Below are positions 37,431 through 46,971 of a DNA stretch of 64,000 nucleotides, in pieces. The position numbers and the translations under genes were made by a program. The notes below the pieces were generated by a model. The model was not told the DNA's origin. It was given only the letters and a program-made list of their open reading frames with translations, and ran no database searches. How positions within the stretch are numbered: position 1 is the first letter of the stretch; every line of letters starts with the position of its first letter. Origin of the DNA: Clostridia bacterium (lineage in GTDB: Bacteria; Bacillota; Clostridia; Christensenellales; UBA1242). Where the stretch lies: NCBI GenBank assembly GCA_016297915.1, contig JAEDFU010000003.1, positions 8,843 through 72,842 of the forward strand, in the 5' to 3' direction.

Positions 37431-39605
37431 ATGGATATTGCAAAAGAACTTAGTATGGAATTTAGTTTGACACTAAGCCATACAAACAACATAATAAGTC
37501 TACTTGACGAAGGTTGTACAATCCCATTTATTGCTAGATATCGAAAAGAGCTTACTGGCAGTTGTGACGACCAAACACTAAGAGCATTTGACGATAGGCT
37601 CAAATACTTGAGAAACTTAACCAAAAGAAAGGAAGAAGTCTCCAGTCTCATAACCGAACAAGGCAACATGACCGAGGATATTGAAAAGGCTCTAAGTGCT
37701 GCATTGACACTAACCGAAGTTGAGGATATTTATAGGCCATTTAAGCCAAAGAGAAAGACTCGTGCATCTGTTGCTATTGCCAAGGGCTTGCAACCACTTG
37801 CTGACAAAATATTGGAGCAAAAACCATTTGATTTGGACAAAGAGTGTGAACTTTATATCTCTGAGGAAAAGGGTGTTGCAAACGGCAAGGAAGCTTTGCA
37901 AGGAGCAAAAGATATTATTGCCGAAATGATCTCGGATAATGCTAATTTGCGAAAAGAACTAAGAGAAGCACTTACAAACAAAGGTTTTGTCAAATGCAAA
38001 CTTGATGAGGAAAAAGAGGGTGCATTTACTTATGAGATGTATAAGGACTACAATTCCGAAATCAAAAAACTTCCATCTCACCGAATACTTGCTATCAATC
38101 GTGGCGAAAAAGAGGATTTCCTCAAAGTTAATCTTACTCTAAATGACGAGCTTGCACATTCCTTGGTAGAAGGCAAAGTGCTTAAGAAAAATAGTCCGTT
38201 TGAAGATTTACTTAAGGAAGTTTGCTTGGATAGTTACGATAGACTTATTTTCCCAAGTATCGAAAGAGAGGTTAGAGCTGAGCTCACTGACAAAGCAAAC
38301 GAACAAGCGATTAAAATGTTTGAGGTTAATCTAAAACCTCTACTTATGCAACCACCACTAAAAGGAAAAGTTATTTTGGGTCTTGACCCAGCATATCGTA
38401 CTGGTTGTAAGATTGCTGTAATTGACGAAAATGGCAAAGTGCTTGATACTGCAGTTGTATATCCAACTCCTCCACAAAATAAGATTGAAGAGGCAACAGC
38501 CAAACTTACACAACTTATTGGCAAATGGGATGTTGATGTAATTTCTATCGGAAACGGAACAGCTACCAAGGAGAGCGAAATATTTGTAGCCAACCTTATC
38601 AAAGGGCTTAACCGCAAAGTTACATACGCTGTAGTCAACGAGGCTGGAGCATCTGTATATTCCGCAAGCAAATTGGGTGCTGCAGAATTTCCTAACTTTG
38701 ATGTCGCTTTGCGTAGTGCAGTTTCAATTGCAAGGCGACTTCAAGATCCGCTAGCCGAACTTATTAAGATAGATGTTAAGTCAATAGGTGTTGGACAATA
38801 TCAACATGACATGCCTCAAAATAGACTAACTGAGGTTTTGGACGGCGTTGTAGAAAACTGCGTTAACACAGTTGGTGTTGATGTCAATACCGCAAGCCCA
38901 AGCCTACTTAGTTTTGTCGCTGGACTAAATTCTAGCGTTGCAAAAAACATCGAAAAGTATAGACAAGAAAACGGTGCTTTCAAAGATAGAAGTGAACTCA
39001 AAAAAGTATCCAAGCTTGGTGACAAGGCATACGAGCAATGTGCTGGTTTCTTAAGAATAAATGGTGGCGACAATATCCTTGACAACACCGGCGTTCACCC
39101 AGAAAGTTATGAGAGTGCATACAAGCTACTTGATTACTTCAAGCTCAATATCAAAGATGTCAAAGATGACAATTTGCAATTGCTTCCAAAAATGGTTGAA
39201 AAAGATGGAGTAGAAAAGATTGCAAACAAGATTGGTGTAGGCGTCCCAACACTTATAGATATTGCAAACGAACTTGCTAAGCCTGGTAGGGATGTTCGTG
39301 ATGACTTGCCTAAGCCAGTGCTTAAGAGTGCTCTACTTGGAATTGAAAACCTCAAAGAAGGCATGGTTATGACCGGCGTTGTTAGAAATGTAACAGACTT
39401 TGGAGCATTTGTAGACATATCAGTACACCAAGACGGACTTGTTCATATAAGTGAAATTTCCAAGGATTATATCAAACATCCAAGCGAAGTTTTGAAAGTG
39501 GGAGATATCGTCAAAGTTAAGGTTATAGGGGTAGATACTGCCAAAAAGCGTATATCTCTTACCATAAAAGGTGCAGTTGATGACGAAATCACAGAGGGGC
39601 TATAA
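37431..39605 (+). CDS. tex: Transcription accessory protein Tex (S1 RNA-binding domain protein)
   Basis: N-terminus …LLDEGCTIPFIARYRKELTG, YqgF-like and HhH regions, and a C-terminal S1 domain. The longer ORF from 37320 is unlikely to be used. Confidence 0.93.
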   Translation: MDIAKELSMEFSLTLSHTNNIISLLDEGCTIPFIARYRKELTGSCDDQTLRAFDDRLKYLRNLTKRKEEVSSLITEQGNMTEDIEKALSAALTLTEVEDIYRPFKPKRKTRASVAIAKGLQPLADKILEQKPFDLDKECELYISEEKGVANGKEALQGAKDIIAEMISDNANLRKELREALTNKGFVKCKLDEEKEGAFTYEMYKDYNSEIKKLPSHRILAINRGEKEDFLKVNLTLNDELAHSLVEGKVLKKNSPFEDLLKEVCLDSYDRLIFPSIEREVRAELTDKANEQAIKMFEVNLKPLLMQPPLKGKVILGLDPAYRTGCKIAVIDENGKVLDTAVVYPTPPQNKIEEATAKLTQLIGKWDVDVISIGNGTATKESEIFVANLIKGLNRKVTYAVVNEAGASVYSASKLGAAEFPNFDVALRSAVSIARRLQDPLAELIKIDVKSIGVGQYQHDMPQNRLTEVLDGVVENCVNTVGVDVNTASPSLLSFVAGLNSSVAKNIEKYRQENGAFKDRSELKKVSKLGDKAYEQCAGFLRINGGDNILDNTGVHPESYESAYKLLDYFKLNIKDVKDDNLQLLPKMVEKDGVEKIANKIGVGVPTLIDIANELAKPGRDVRDDLPKPVLKSALLGIENLKEGMVMTGVVRNVTDFGAFVDISVHQDGLVHISEISKDYIKHPSEVLKVGDIVKVKVIGVDTAKKRISLTIKGAVDDEITEGL

Positions 39606-39667
39606 TCAAAAGACATCATTGATTAACCAAAAGTTATTAGTCCAATAAAAATTAAATCATAACAAAA

Positions 39668-39702
39668 AACACACTATGCAAATTGCTATAGTGCGTTTTT
39701 TT
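39668..39702 (+). terminator. Terminator after tex
   Basis: Imperfect CACTATGC…GCTATAGTG hairpin followed by T7. Confidence 0.55.
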
Positions 39703-39760
39703 GATTGTGTGAACTTGGTGTTTTTCAAATCAATTACTGAGAATGTTTGCGTAATTTGTA

Positions 39761-40990
39761 TTAAATTACATAGCTTAGATGAGTGTTTATTCTGATATCT
39801 ACATCTTGCAAGTACTTGTCTGGATTGGATAGTTTTTTCAGATATTCTTGCCAATCTTTGTGCTTATATGCATTAAACTTTTTGTACAGATTTAAGATAT
39901 CATTATTGCTGGTTTGCATAAGTTCAACGGTATTTTTTCTTTTTTGATCTATGACCTTGAGTATCTCTTTTTCGGCGGTGTCACTTAAATAATTTTGCAA
40001 GCTATCAATTGATGCAAATGCAAAATTGTTTGCACTCACAATCTCCTCCATCATGATATTAATCCAAACCTCGTAAGTTACAGTTGGCTTGCCGTTTTCA
40101 AAAGTGTAGATAGGAAGCGAAACTTTGGACACCTGCTGATAAATTTCCAAGCTATTATTTACATACTCATCATTTATATTCTTGATTTGTATGTTCATAA
40201 AGTCGCTACTAGGTGAGATTAAATTGTATATAAACTTTTCGTCATCTTCTAGATATCTATCAAATTTGCCGTTCTTCAAAATTATAATATCGCCGTTGTT
40301 TTTGATTTTACCAGAATTGCTTTGTTGATCTGAGCCTTCCGATTGATCGGGTGAGTCTCCGCCGTCGCCAGTCGAACCTTGACTGTCCTCCTCGACTTCA
40401 AGGATAGGGACAAAGAATGTTCCAGATTTTCCAAAGTACGCTCTATAAAATCTCTCAATAGTTGTGTTTTCAAGAATCGATGTTCGCTCTTGGTATATAA
40501 CGATATCTTTGAGAGTTAAGTCCCTTAGGTTATTGCTACTCTTGGAAGCTTCAACTAATTTTTTTGCTTCCAAGTCGGTTGCAAGAATTGTTGCATTGGT
40601 AGTCAAATTTGATGTTCTTATAAAGTAGTCCAAAACCTGTGTCACATTTTCTTGCATTACATCCAGCGACAGTATTATACAATCGCAATGAGCAAGACCT
40701 ACCTCTTTGCCTGTGTTTAGAGCAATGTTCGTTAGAGCTTCGCTAATAGTTTTGCCTTTGCCCTCAAAGATCTCCAAATTGGCATTTACATCACTCGAAA
40801 CTTTGGGGATAACAGCAAGAGATGTTATGTTGTATCCGTCCTCGTCTTTGTCTATTCCTATGGTTGTAACAACAAGTTTGGTGTTGTTGTCGGATTGCAT
40901 GTAAATTGTGTGTGGAAACATAATTACGATAAGAAACATCATGCAATAAAAGATTTTGTTTCTAGATAGTTTTTTTAGAGTATTTAACAT
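39761..40990 (-). CDS. gerAC: Spore germination receptor subunit C (Ger(x)C family)
   Basis: Third gene of the gerA-type operon; GerAC-like length and N-terminal …VVTTIGIDKD… motif. Confidence 0.8.
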   Translation of the reverse strand: MLNTLKKLSRNKIFYCMMFLIVIMFPHTIYMQSDNNTKLVVTTIGIDKDEDGYNITSLAVIPKVSSDVNANLEIFEGKGKTISEALTNIALNTGKEVGLAHCDCIILSLDVMQENVTQVLDYFIRTSNLTTNATILATDLEAKKLVEASKSSNNLRDLTLKDIVIYQERTSILENTTIERFYRAYFGKSGTFFVPILEVEEDSQGSTGDGGDSPDQSEGSDQQSNSGKIKNNGDIIILKNGKFDRYLEDDEKFIYNLISPSSDFMNIQIKNINDEYVNNSLEIYQQVSKVSLPIYTFENGKPTVTYEVWINIMMEEIVSANNFAFASIDSLQNYLSDTAEKEILKVIDQKRKNTVELMQTSNNDILNLYKKFNAYKHKDWQEYLKKLSNPDKYLQDVDIRINTHLSYVI

Positions 40991-42104
40991 CTTTTTTACC
41001 TACCTTAAAATCTTTCGCACCCATGGATTTCTTTTTGTACAAAAAGTATTCGATGTACAAAAGCACAATGCACAATATCTCAAATCCCTTGGCTGTATAC
41101 GAAAAAGCGTTTTCTGTGGCGAATTTAACAATAGGCTCTAGTTTGAGATAAGTTGGCACATAAAGAGCAAGAACTATAGCAATAGTGACAAAAGACGGTA
41201 TCTTTTTGTCACGAAACCCCAAAATCTGTTTTAGACATGATGTGCAAGATATACCTAGTATTGAAATCTGAATGAGTAAAATTGCTGTCCACATTATAAT
41301 CGTCAACCATTCAAGTCTGCCTATTGCTGTAGGGTATGGATTGTGAAGAGGAAGCGCACTTAGAGCCAGTGACTGATTGACCGCTGTGTCGCCAAAAGTT
41401 CCAACAAATATTACATAAAAGTTAAAGATAAATCCGAGTATTGTTGACATATACAGTAGTATCTTTTTTGTTGCGTGCTTACTGTATTTGATGTTTCCCA
41501 TTAGGACAAATAGTATCATAAAATCCCCATAAGCAAACGAGGTTCGTATAAGTCCGTTGTATATTGGATAAGCACCATTTTCAAACATAGGAAACAGGTT
41601 TACTAGTTGCACTTCTGCAATTGGATAAAGTAGTGTAAAAGCAATTCCAATTGCAAGTGGCCAAAAGCAAATTTCAATCATTCGTCCAATTGCTCTAAAT
41701 TGACAATTGAAAATATATAGCATGAAAAAACCTAGAGCTAGAATAAAAAAGAATGGATTTAGATGTTCAAACAGGGTGACTATATAGTAATCGTGCAACT
41801 CAAGTAGGGCGATAAGTAGTTTCAAAAAAAAGTATACAAACAAAAATATATAAACAATTATCGCAACTGGCTTGGATAGAGTTTCTTTGGTAAGTTCAAA
41901 AAAGTTTTTTTGCGGAATCTTTTGCATAATAACAATAATTGCTATGGTTAGCAAAAAGTCTATTATGCAAGCAATCAAGGCTACGATGTAGGCATCGTTA
42001 TTTGCAAAGTCGCAAGTGATTGCTGGGAGTACTGATAATTTGAGCGAGACTGTAAAGATAATTAGTATTAGGCTAGTTTGATTTGTTGATATTGTTTTTT
42101 CCAT
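40962..42104 (-). CDS. gerAB: Spore germination receptor subunit B (APC-type permease)
   Basis: 10-TM protein with the N-terminal ISTNQTSLILI… typical of GerAB; overlaps its neighbours. Confidence 0.85.
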   Translation of the reverse strand: MEKTISTNQTSLILIIFTVSLKLSVLPAITCDFANNDAYIVALIACIIDFLLTIAIIVIMQKIPQKNFFELTKETLSKPVAIIVYIFLFVYFFLKLLIALLELHDYYIVTLFEHLNPFFFILALGFFMLYIFNCQFRAIGRMIEICFWPLAIGIAFTLLYPIAEVQLVNLFPMFENGAYPIYNGLIRTSFAYGDFMILFVLMGNIKYSKHATKKILLYMSTILGFIFNFYVIFVGTFGDTAVNQSLALSALPLHNPYPTAIGRLEWLTIIMWTAILLIQISILGISCTSCLKQILGFRDKKIPSFVTIAIVLALYVPTYLKLEPIVKFATENAFSYTAKGFEILCIVLLYIEYFLYKKKSMGAKDFKVGKKDVKYSKKTI

Positions 42105-43545
42105 CTTTCTTGTCCTGCCTTATTAAATTTTTCTTGTTATTCTTGATTGACATTGGTCTATGCTTGACATTTGTTATATCTGCCTTGTAAAAAGCATCTT
42201 TGATATCTGAGTCAACAAATGGGGCAAGGGGCGCAAAGTATGCACTGCCATATGAATCAAAGTCGCATAGATATACCATTACAAATATCATAAGAATGGA
42301 AATTCCAAAGAATCCCAGCATTGCACCCGCAAGCGTAAATAACATTCGCAAAAGATAGAGTTGTGAAGCTTGGTCAGGCACACAATAAATAGTAAGTCCT
42401 GAGATTGCAACTATCATAACCGAAGGTGGAGAGATAAGTCCGGCTTTGACTGCCGTATCACCAAGTATCAATGCTCCAACTATAGATAACGCAAGACCCA
42501 AGTATTTTGGCATACGCAGGCTCGCTTCGTATAGGATTTCAAAAAGTATCAGCACAAAAAGTATTTCGGCAAATGGCGTCAAAGGTAGCCCCTTGGTTGT
42601 ATTTACTATTGTTATCAAAAATTTGAGCGGAATTGCCTTGTAATGATGCATAACAATTGCAATATAAAGTCCGGGAACTAGAATGGATATAAATATACTG
42701 AAAATTCGTATCCATCTAACAAATCCAGCTCTAACATTGTTTGAATAATAATCGTCGCCACTCTGCAAGTCTTCGACATAAATAAATGGCACTGTCAAAA
42801 CAATTGGTGAGCCGTCTACAATGATAGCGACTCTGCCCTCGAGTAGTCTGGCGGAGACAACATCTGGCTTTTCGGAATTGCCAATCTGCTTGAACATACT
42901 ATTGGGTCTTTGCTCCAAAAATCCTGTAATATAATTGCTGTCAATGACTCCGTCAATATTAATTGCTTGTATACGCTTTTTGACATCAGATACTACTTTT
43001 TTGTCAGCAATGCCGTCGATGTAGACAATTGATACCATTGTATCAGTGTGCTTGCCAACCTTGAGATTTATAGTTCTAAATGATTTGGAGGCTAGTATCT
43101 TTCTAAGCTCAGACAGGTTTGTTTTTAGATTTTCGACAAAGCCACTACGAGGTCCTTTGATAACACTACTGGTAGGTGGTTCGTCTATAGCCCTTTCCTT
43201 GTACTTGTCAATTGCTAATACAAGGCATTTGTCTATGCCGTCGACAAGCAACACACCTTTGCCTTTGAGAATATTGGATATGATGTTTTCAAGTTTTTCT
43301 TCCTCTGTTGTTTCGCCCAAAGTTAGAACCTGCTTTTGCAAGACTTGCAATTCAGTAATGTCTTTGCCATAAGACATTATTGGGGATATAACAAAGTAAC
43401 TAAGAGATGCGGTGTCGCATAGTCCTAGTATATAAAAAATTGCCATTTTGGTCTTTCCGCAAGTAATCTCTTTGCAAATAAGTTCGTCGCTATTTCCAAG
43501 TTTGGCTTTGATAATATCAATGTTTTGTTGTAAATTTTTTTGCAT
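42073..43545 (-). CDS. gerAA: Spore germination receptor subunit A
   Basis: GerA-family length, with a soluble N-domain followed by a C-terminal 5-TM region (…GLPLTPFAEILFVLILFEIL…). Confidence 0.88.
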   Translation of the reverse strand: MQKNLQQNIDIIKAKLGNSDELICKEITCGKTKMAIFYILGLCDTASLSYFVISPIMSYGKDITELQVLQKQVLTLGETTEEEKLENIISNILKGKGVLLVDGIDKCLVLAIDKYKERAIDEPPTSSVIKGPRSGFVENLKTNLSELRKILASKSFRTINLKVGKHTDTMVSIVYIDGIADKKVVSDVKKRIQAINIDGVIDSNYITGFLEQRPNSMFKQIGNSEKPDVVSARLLEGRVAIIVDGSPIVLTVPFIYVEDLQSGDDYYSNNVRAGFVRWIRIFSIFISILVPGLYIAIVMHHYKAIPLKFLITIVNTTKGLPLTPFAEILFVLILFEILYEASLRMPKYLGLALSIVGALILGDTAVKAGLISPPSVMIVAISGLTIYCVPDQASQLYLLRMLFTLAGAMLGFFGISILMIFVMVYLCDFDSYGSAYFAPLAPFVDSDIKDAFYKADITNVKHRPMSIKNNKKNLIRQDKKDGKNNINKSN

Positions 43546-43603
43546 GGCAAAACCTCTTTAATATACTTAATATGAGAATTTCAAAAAGATTTTATGTAAC
43601 TAC

Positions 43604-43632
43604 TTGCAAAATAAGTTTTTATTTGTTATAAT
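43604..43632 (+). promoter_or_regulatory. Sigma-A-type promoter for the rpsF operon
   Basis: TTGCAA, 17-nt spacer, TATAAT. Confidence 0.55.
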
Positions 43633-43703
43633 AATCTGCAGTAAATAAGATTTACTACTGCTTTGGTTTGTCCAAAGCCGAATTAGACCATAGGAGGTAA
43701 ATT

Positions 43704-44000
43704 ATGAACAAATATGAATTGCTTACAATCTTTTCTGCTAGTCTTAGTGATGAACAAAAAGATGCAATCGTAGACAAGTACACCAAACTTATGGAGAAAG
43801 ACGGTGGCAAAGTTGAGCTAGTTAACAAGGCTACACCTTGGGGACTTAGAAAACTTGCATACCCAATCAACTATAAGAACGATGGTTACTATGTTTTGTA
43901 CAAATTCGAGAGCTCAGCTGATGTTGCTAAGAATGTAGTTTCGCTTATGAGAATAGACGAAAATGTACTAAGATCTATGTGCTTGCGTTGCGACAAATAA
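43704..44000 (+). CDS. rpsF: 30S ribosomal protein S6
   Basis: MNKYELLTIF…GGKV…W G.RKLAYPI signature; AGGAGG RBS. Confidence 0.95.
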   Translation: MNKYELLTIFSASLSDEQKDAIVDKYTKLMEKDGGKVELVNKATPWGLRKLAYPINYKNDGYYVLYKFESSADVAKNVVSLMRIDENVLRSMCLRCDK

Positions 44001-44018
44001 TCATTATAGGAGAATATC

Positions 44019-44417
44019 ATGAATAAATGTATTTTAGTTGGAAATCTAGCAAGAGATCCAGAACTTACAACTACATCAAATGGTGTGGCTGTTTGTAGAT
44101 TTTCTATTGCAGTATCAAGAAGATATGCAAATTCAGATGGAGAAAGAGAAACAGATTTCTTGAATATCGTAGTTTGGAGAAACTTGGGCGAAAACTGCCA
44201 TAAGTTCTTGAAAAAAGGTAGCAAGGTTGGCATTGTTGGAAATATCCAAAGCAGATCTTATGACGCTACTGACGGAACTAAGAGATATGTTACAGAAATC
44301 GTTGCTGAGGAAGTAGAATTTTTGTCTACTAAATCTCAAGATGGCGATGCTCCAAAGACATCAAATGAGGAAGTTGCCAAACTTCAACCAATTGATGACG
44401 ACGGATTGCCATTCTAA
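44019..44417 (+). CDS. ssb: Single-stranded DNA-binding protein
   Basis: MNK.ILVGNL.RDPEL…, OB fold, and the acidic C-terminal tip DDDGLPF. Confidence 0.95.
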   Translation: MNKCILVGNLARDPELTTTSNGVAVCRFSIAVSRRYANSDGERETDFLNIVVWRNLGENCHKFLKKGSKVGIVGNIQSRSYDATDGTKRYVTEIVAEEVEFLSTKSQDGDAPKTSNEEVAKLQPIDDDGLPF

Positions 44418-44426
44418 GTGTTATCT

Positions 44427-44449
44427 AACTTTTTGTGTGTCAAAAAGTT
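44427..44449. repeat. 23-bp palindrome AACTTTTTG-N5-CAAAAAGTT, copy 1
   Basis: Direct reading; the same palindrome arms recur at 44662-44684. Confidence 0.85.
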
Positions 44450-44661
44450 GCAAAAAGCACTGGGGGTTGAGATTCCCCCAAACCCCTAAAACTCTTTACA
44501 AGATGTCTTTATCTTAAATATGCATAGATGTTTAATCAAAAAAAATTTATGCACAACCAAAGCAATGACTTGCAAATAAGTAGGATAAAAATGTAATTGT
44601 AAGAGCATATTTCAAATGTTACTAATGGGGTGATTGACCATTAAGTTTGAACAATGAATTT

Positions 44662-44684
44662 AACTTTTTGCATGCCAAAAAGTT
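44662..44684. repeat. 23-bp palindrome AACTTTTTG-N5-CAAAAAGTT, copy 2
   Basis: Direct reading; partner of 44427-44449. Confidence 0.85.
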
Positions 44685-44743
44685 ACAAGAGTATTGGAAG
44701 TTAGCAAAGGCTAAACTTTCCAAAATATATAAAGGAGAAGATT

Positions 44744-45022
44744 ATGAGCGAAGAAGTTGTTGAAAGTGCTGTAATGGAAGAAAAAGTTGTAGCACCTAAA
44801 AAATATAAAAAAATGGGCAAAAAGAAAGTATGTTCTTTCTGCGTTGACCATGTTGACGAAATCGATTACAAAGATATCGCTAAGCTAAAAAGATATACAA
44901 CCGAGAAAGGTAAAATTTTGCCAAGACGCCAAACTGGTACTTGTGCAGAGCACCAAAGATCTCTTACTGTTGCTATCAAAAGAGCAAGAGAAATGGCGCT
45001 TTTGCCTTATGTTGGTGACTAA
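44744..45022 (+). CDS. rpsR: 30S ribosomal protein S18 with an N-terminal acidic extension
   Basis: …KKVCSFC…IDYKD…LKRY..E.GKILPRR.TG.CA.HQR.L..AIKRAR..ALLPY; AAAGGAGAAG RBS. Confidence 0.95.
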   Translation: MSEEVVESAVMEEKVVAPKKYKKMGKKKVCSFCVDHVDEIDYKDIAKLKRYTTEKGKILPRRQTGTCAEHQRSLTVAIKRAREMALLPYVGD

Positions 45023-45177
45023 TTGAGGATATGTTACTTTTTCTTTGATACCAAAGAAAAGCAATCAAAAAGAAACCACCGGGGTGTGTATTCGAGCGGA
45101 GCGAGAATTGCCACAGAACAGAAAATGGAATTATAATCCGAAAAAGTAGGAGTGGCATTTCCCAGAGTCTTGAAATG

Positions 45178-45218
45178 TAAAAAAAAAGAACTAATGTTTC
45201 GTTAGTTCTTTTTTTTTG
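45178..45218. terminator. Bidirectional terminator
   Basis: AGAACTAA-tgtttcg-TTAGTTCT hairpin flanked by A9 and T9. Confidence 0.7.
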
Positions 45219-45274
45219 GTTTAAATAATTTACTTAATGATTTTATTTGTTTTTACATGGTCATTTCGCAAACC

Positions 45275-46474
45275 TTAATTACTTGTTGTAGGGTGTTGTG
45301 GCTTACGCTCCATAACCATAACATTTTCGTTTTCTTCTCTTTCTCTTGCATTATCCATTACTGTAGCAAAAGGCACTTGTGGGGTAGCATCCAAGACTTC
45401 GTCTATTTGAGTACTGCAAGTATCTACGGCTATTTCCTTAGAAATTCCTGTTGAGTCAGCAATTGAATTGCCGACTATAGCGCCATTAACAATGGCTTTG
45501 GTTGTTTCTTCCATTGCTATCTCTGGATTGTCGTCGGTTATAACGCTGTTTGCGGCTAGTACTTCGGCCATATCGTTTGCAACTTCGTTACTCAAGAATT
45601 GTGCTGATTTTCCGTCCTCTGCAATATCTTCCACAGTGTCCTCTATCTTTTCGTGGTCGACAAGTGTTGATTCTTTGATAGTATTCCATGCCTTTTTGTA
45701 ATCATCTGGTGTCATGGCGGTTACATCTTTTTTGCTAAGGTCAGGATGATGTTCCAAAATTTTTCGTACAACTTTTTCGTAGTAATCTTCGAGAAGGCTA
45801 ATGTTATTAACAGTATCTTCCAAAACGCCACATTGCAATTTGTCTATTTGGTCTGGTGACAAATTTTCTTTTTCGCCAACATAATCAATAAGCATAAGTC
45901 CAACAAATGTCTTGGCTGTGCCTTGTGCAAATTTGTCATGGCGTTCGTCTTCCAAAGTTGATTGGGTCTTGTGCTCAACGCAAATTGATGCATTTACAAG
46001 TTCCTGAGCAATCGCAATAACGCCACCTATATCTTTTTTGACTTGCAAATCTGTTACAAATCTGCTTCCGTCATATGATGTTGTAGCCGAACTATAATTG
46101 ATAGGGTCGCTGTCCTTTCGGATGTTAATTCTGATATGTGCTTCAGTTCCGCTGAGAACTTTTCTTGCCATAGAGCCAAGTCTATCGCTTATTGAAGATA
46201 AGTAATCTACAGCCATTTTTATCATATCATCACTTGTTGCAGCTTCGTTAATTTTTTTGATTTCGGTCTTTTCGGTTCGTTTTGCTCTTGCAATGAGGTT
46301 ATTTTTGATACTCGAGTACTTGCCCACTCTATCTGATAGACTATTTCCTAGTTCCTCAAGAGTCATATTGCCCTCAGTGCCGTCTCTAAGTCTATATTTT
46401 GTCAAGCAATTGAGATATTCTTTTAATTTCTTTTCGTCGCCGACCTCTTCGGTCACAGGTTTGTTGTCGTCCAT
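45275..46474 (-). CDS. Hypothetical acidic cytosolic protein
   Basis: 399-aa ORF with a GGAGAAG RBS. No TM helix, signal peptide or recognisable motif. Confidence 0.75.
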   Translation of the reverse strand: MDDNKPVTEEVGDEKKLKEYLNCLTKYRLRDGTEGNMTLEELGNSLSDRVGKYSSIKNNLIARAKRTEKTEIKKINEAATSDDMIKMAVDYLSSISDRLGSMARKVLSGTEAHIRINIRKDSDPINYSSATTSYDGSRFVTDLQVKKDIGGVIAIAQELVNASICVEHKTQSTLEDERHDKFAQGTAKTFVGLMLIDYVGEKENLSPDQIDKLQCGVLEDTVNNISLLEDYYEKVVRKILEHHPDLSKKDVTAMTPDDYKKAWNTIKESTLVDHEKIEDTVEDIAEDGKSAQFLSNEVANDMAEVLAANSVITDDNPEIAMEETTKAIVNGAIVGNSIADSTGISKEIAVDTCSTQIDEVLDATPQVPFATVMDNAREREENENVMVMERKPQHPTTSN

Positions 46475-46705
46475 AATCTTCTCCGTATATTTTTTTTAAT
46501 TATACAAACTGGATTTTTTGATGTCAAACAAAAAAGCCAAAAAGATGCCTAAAATATCAATATTTTGTGTAAATTTGGTCATACTAGGTTGGTTATTTCA
46601 TATATTCAAATAATGCCTCCCACCAAAAATATTTTTTGATGTTTGGAACAAATGTTTGATAAAATAATTGTCTATTTGTTTGTTTTGTGTTATATTATAT
46701 CAATA

Positions 46706-46816
46706 GATGTAATATATCGCTAGATATATTATGACTTTGGATGTAATATATCGTTAGATATATTATGACATTTAGATGTAATATATCGCTAGATATCGCC
46801 AGATATATCATAATAC
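46706..46816. repeat. Tandem 34-35-bp repeats (GATGTAATATATCG(C/T)TAGATATATTATGAC x2 and a third variant copy). Degenerate ATCGnnAGRTAT cores continue to about 46886.
   Basis: Direct reading: units start at 46706, 46740 and 46775. Confidence 0.85.
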
Positions 46817-46971
46817 TAGATGAGATGTATCGTCAGGTATAATAGTGTTACATCGTCCGGATATGATATTTGGCAAACGAGATATATTGCCAAATACAAT
46901 AGCAGAAGAGGTATCGTATAAAGAAGTCAATTGCTTAAACACAATAATATAATAACAAAAATGGAGAACAT

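Noticed and set aside
45060-45175. Possible small structured RNA after rpsR (GAATTGCCAC…GTGGCATTTC pairing)
   Set aside because: It has only one imperfect stem, does not resemble the SRP, 6S, tmRNA or RNase P RNA cores I know, and may simply be the 3' UTR before the 45178-45218 terminator.
46706-46816. Tandem repeats considered as a CRISPR array
   Set aside because: The units abut each other with only 4-5-bp joints, there are no unique spacers of comparable length, only about 3 good copies exist, and no cas genes are present.
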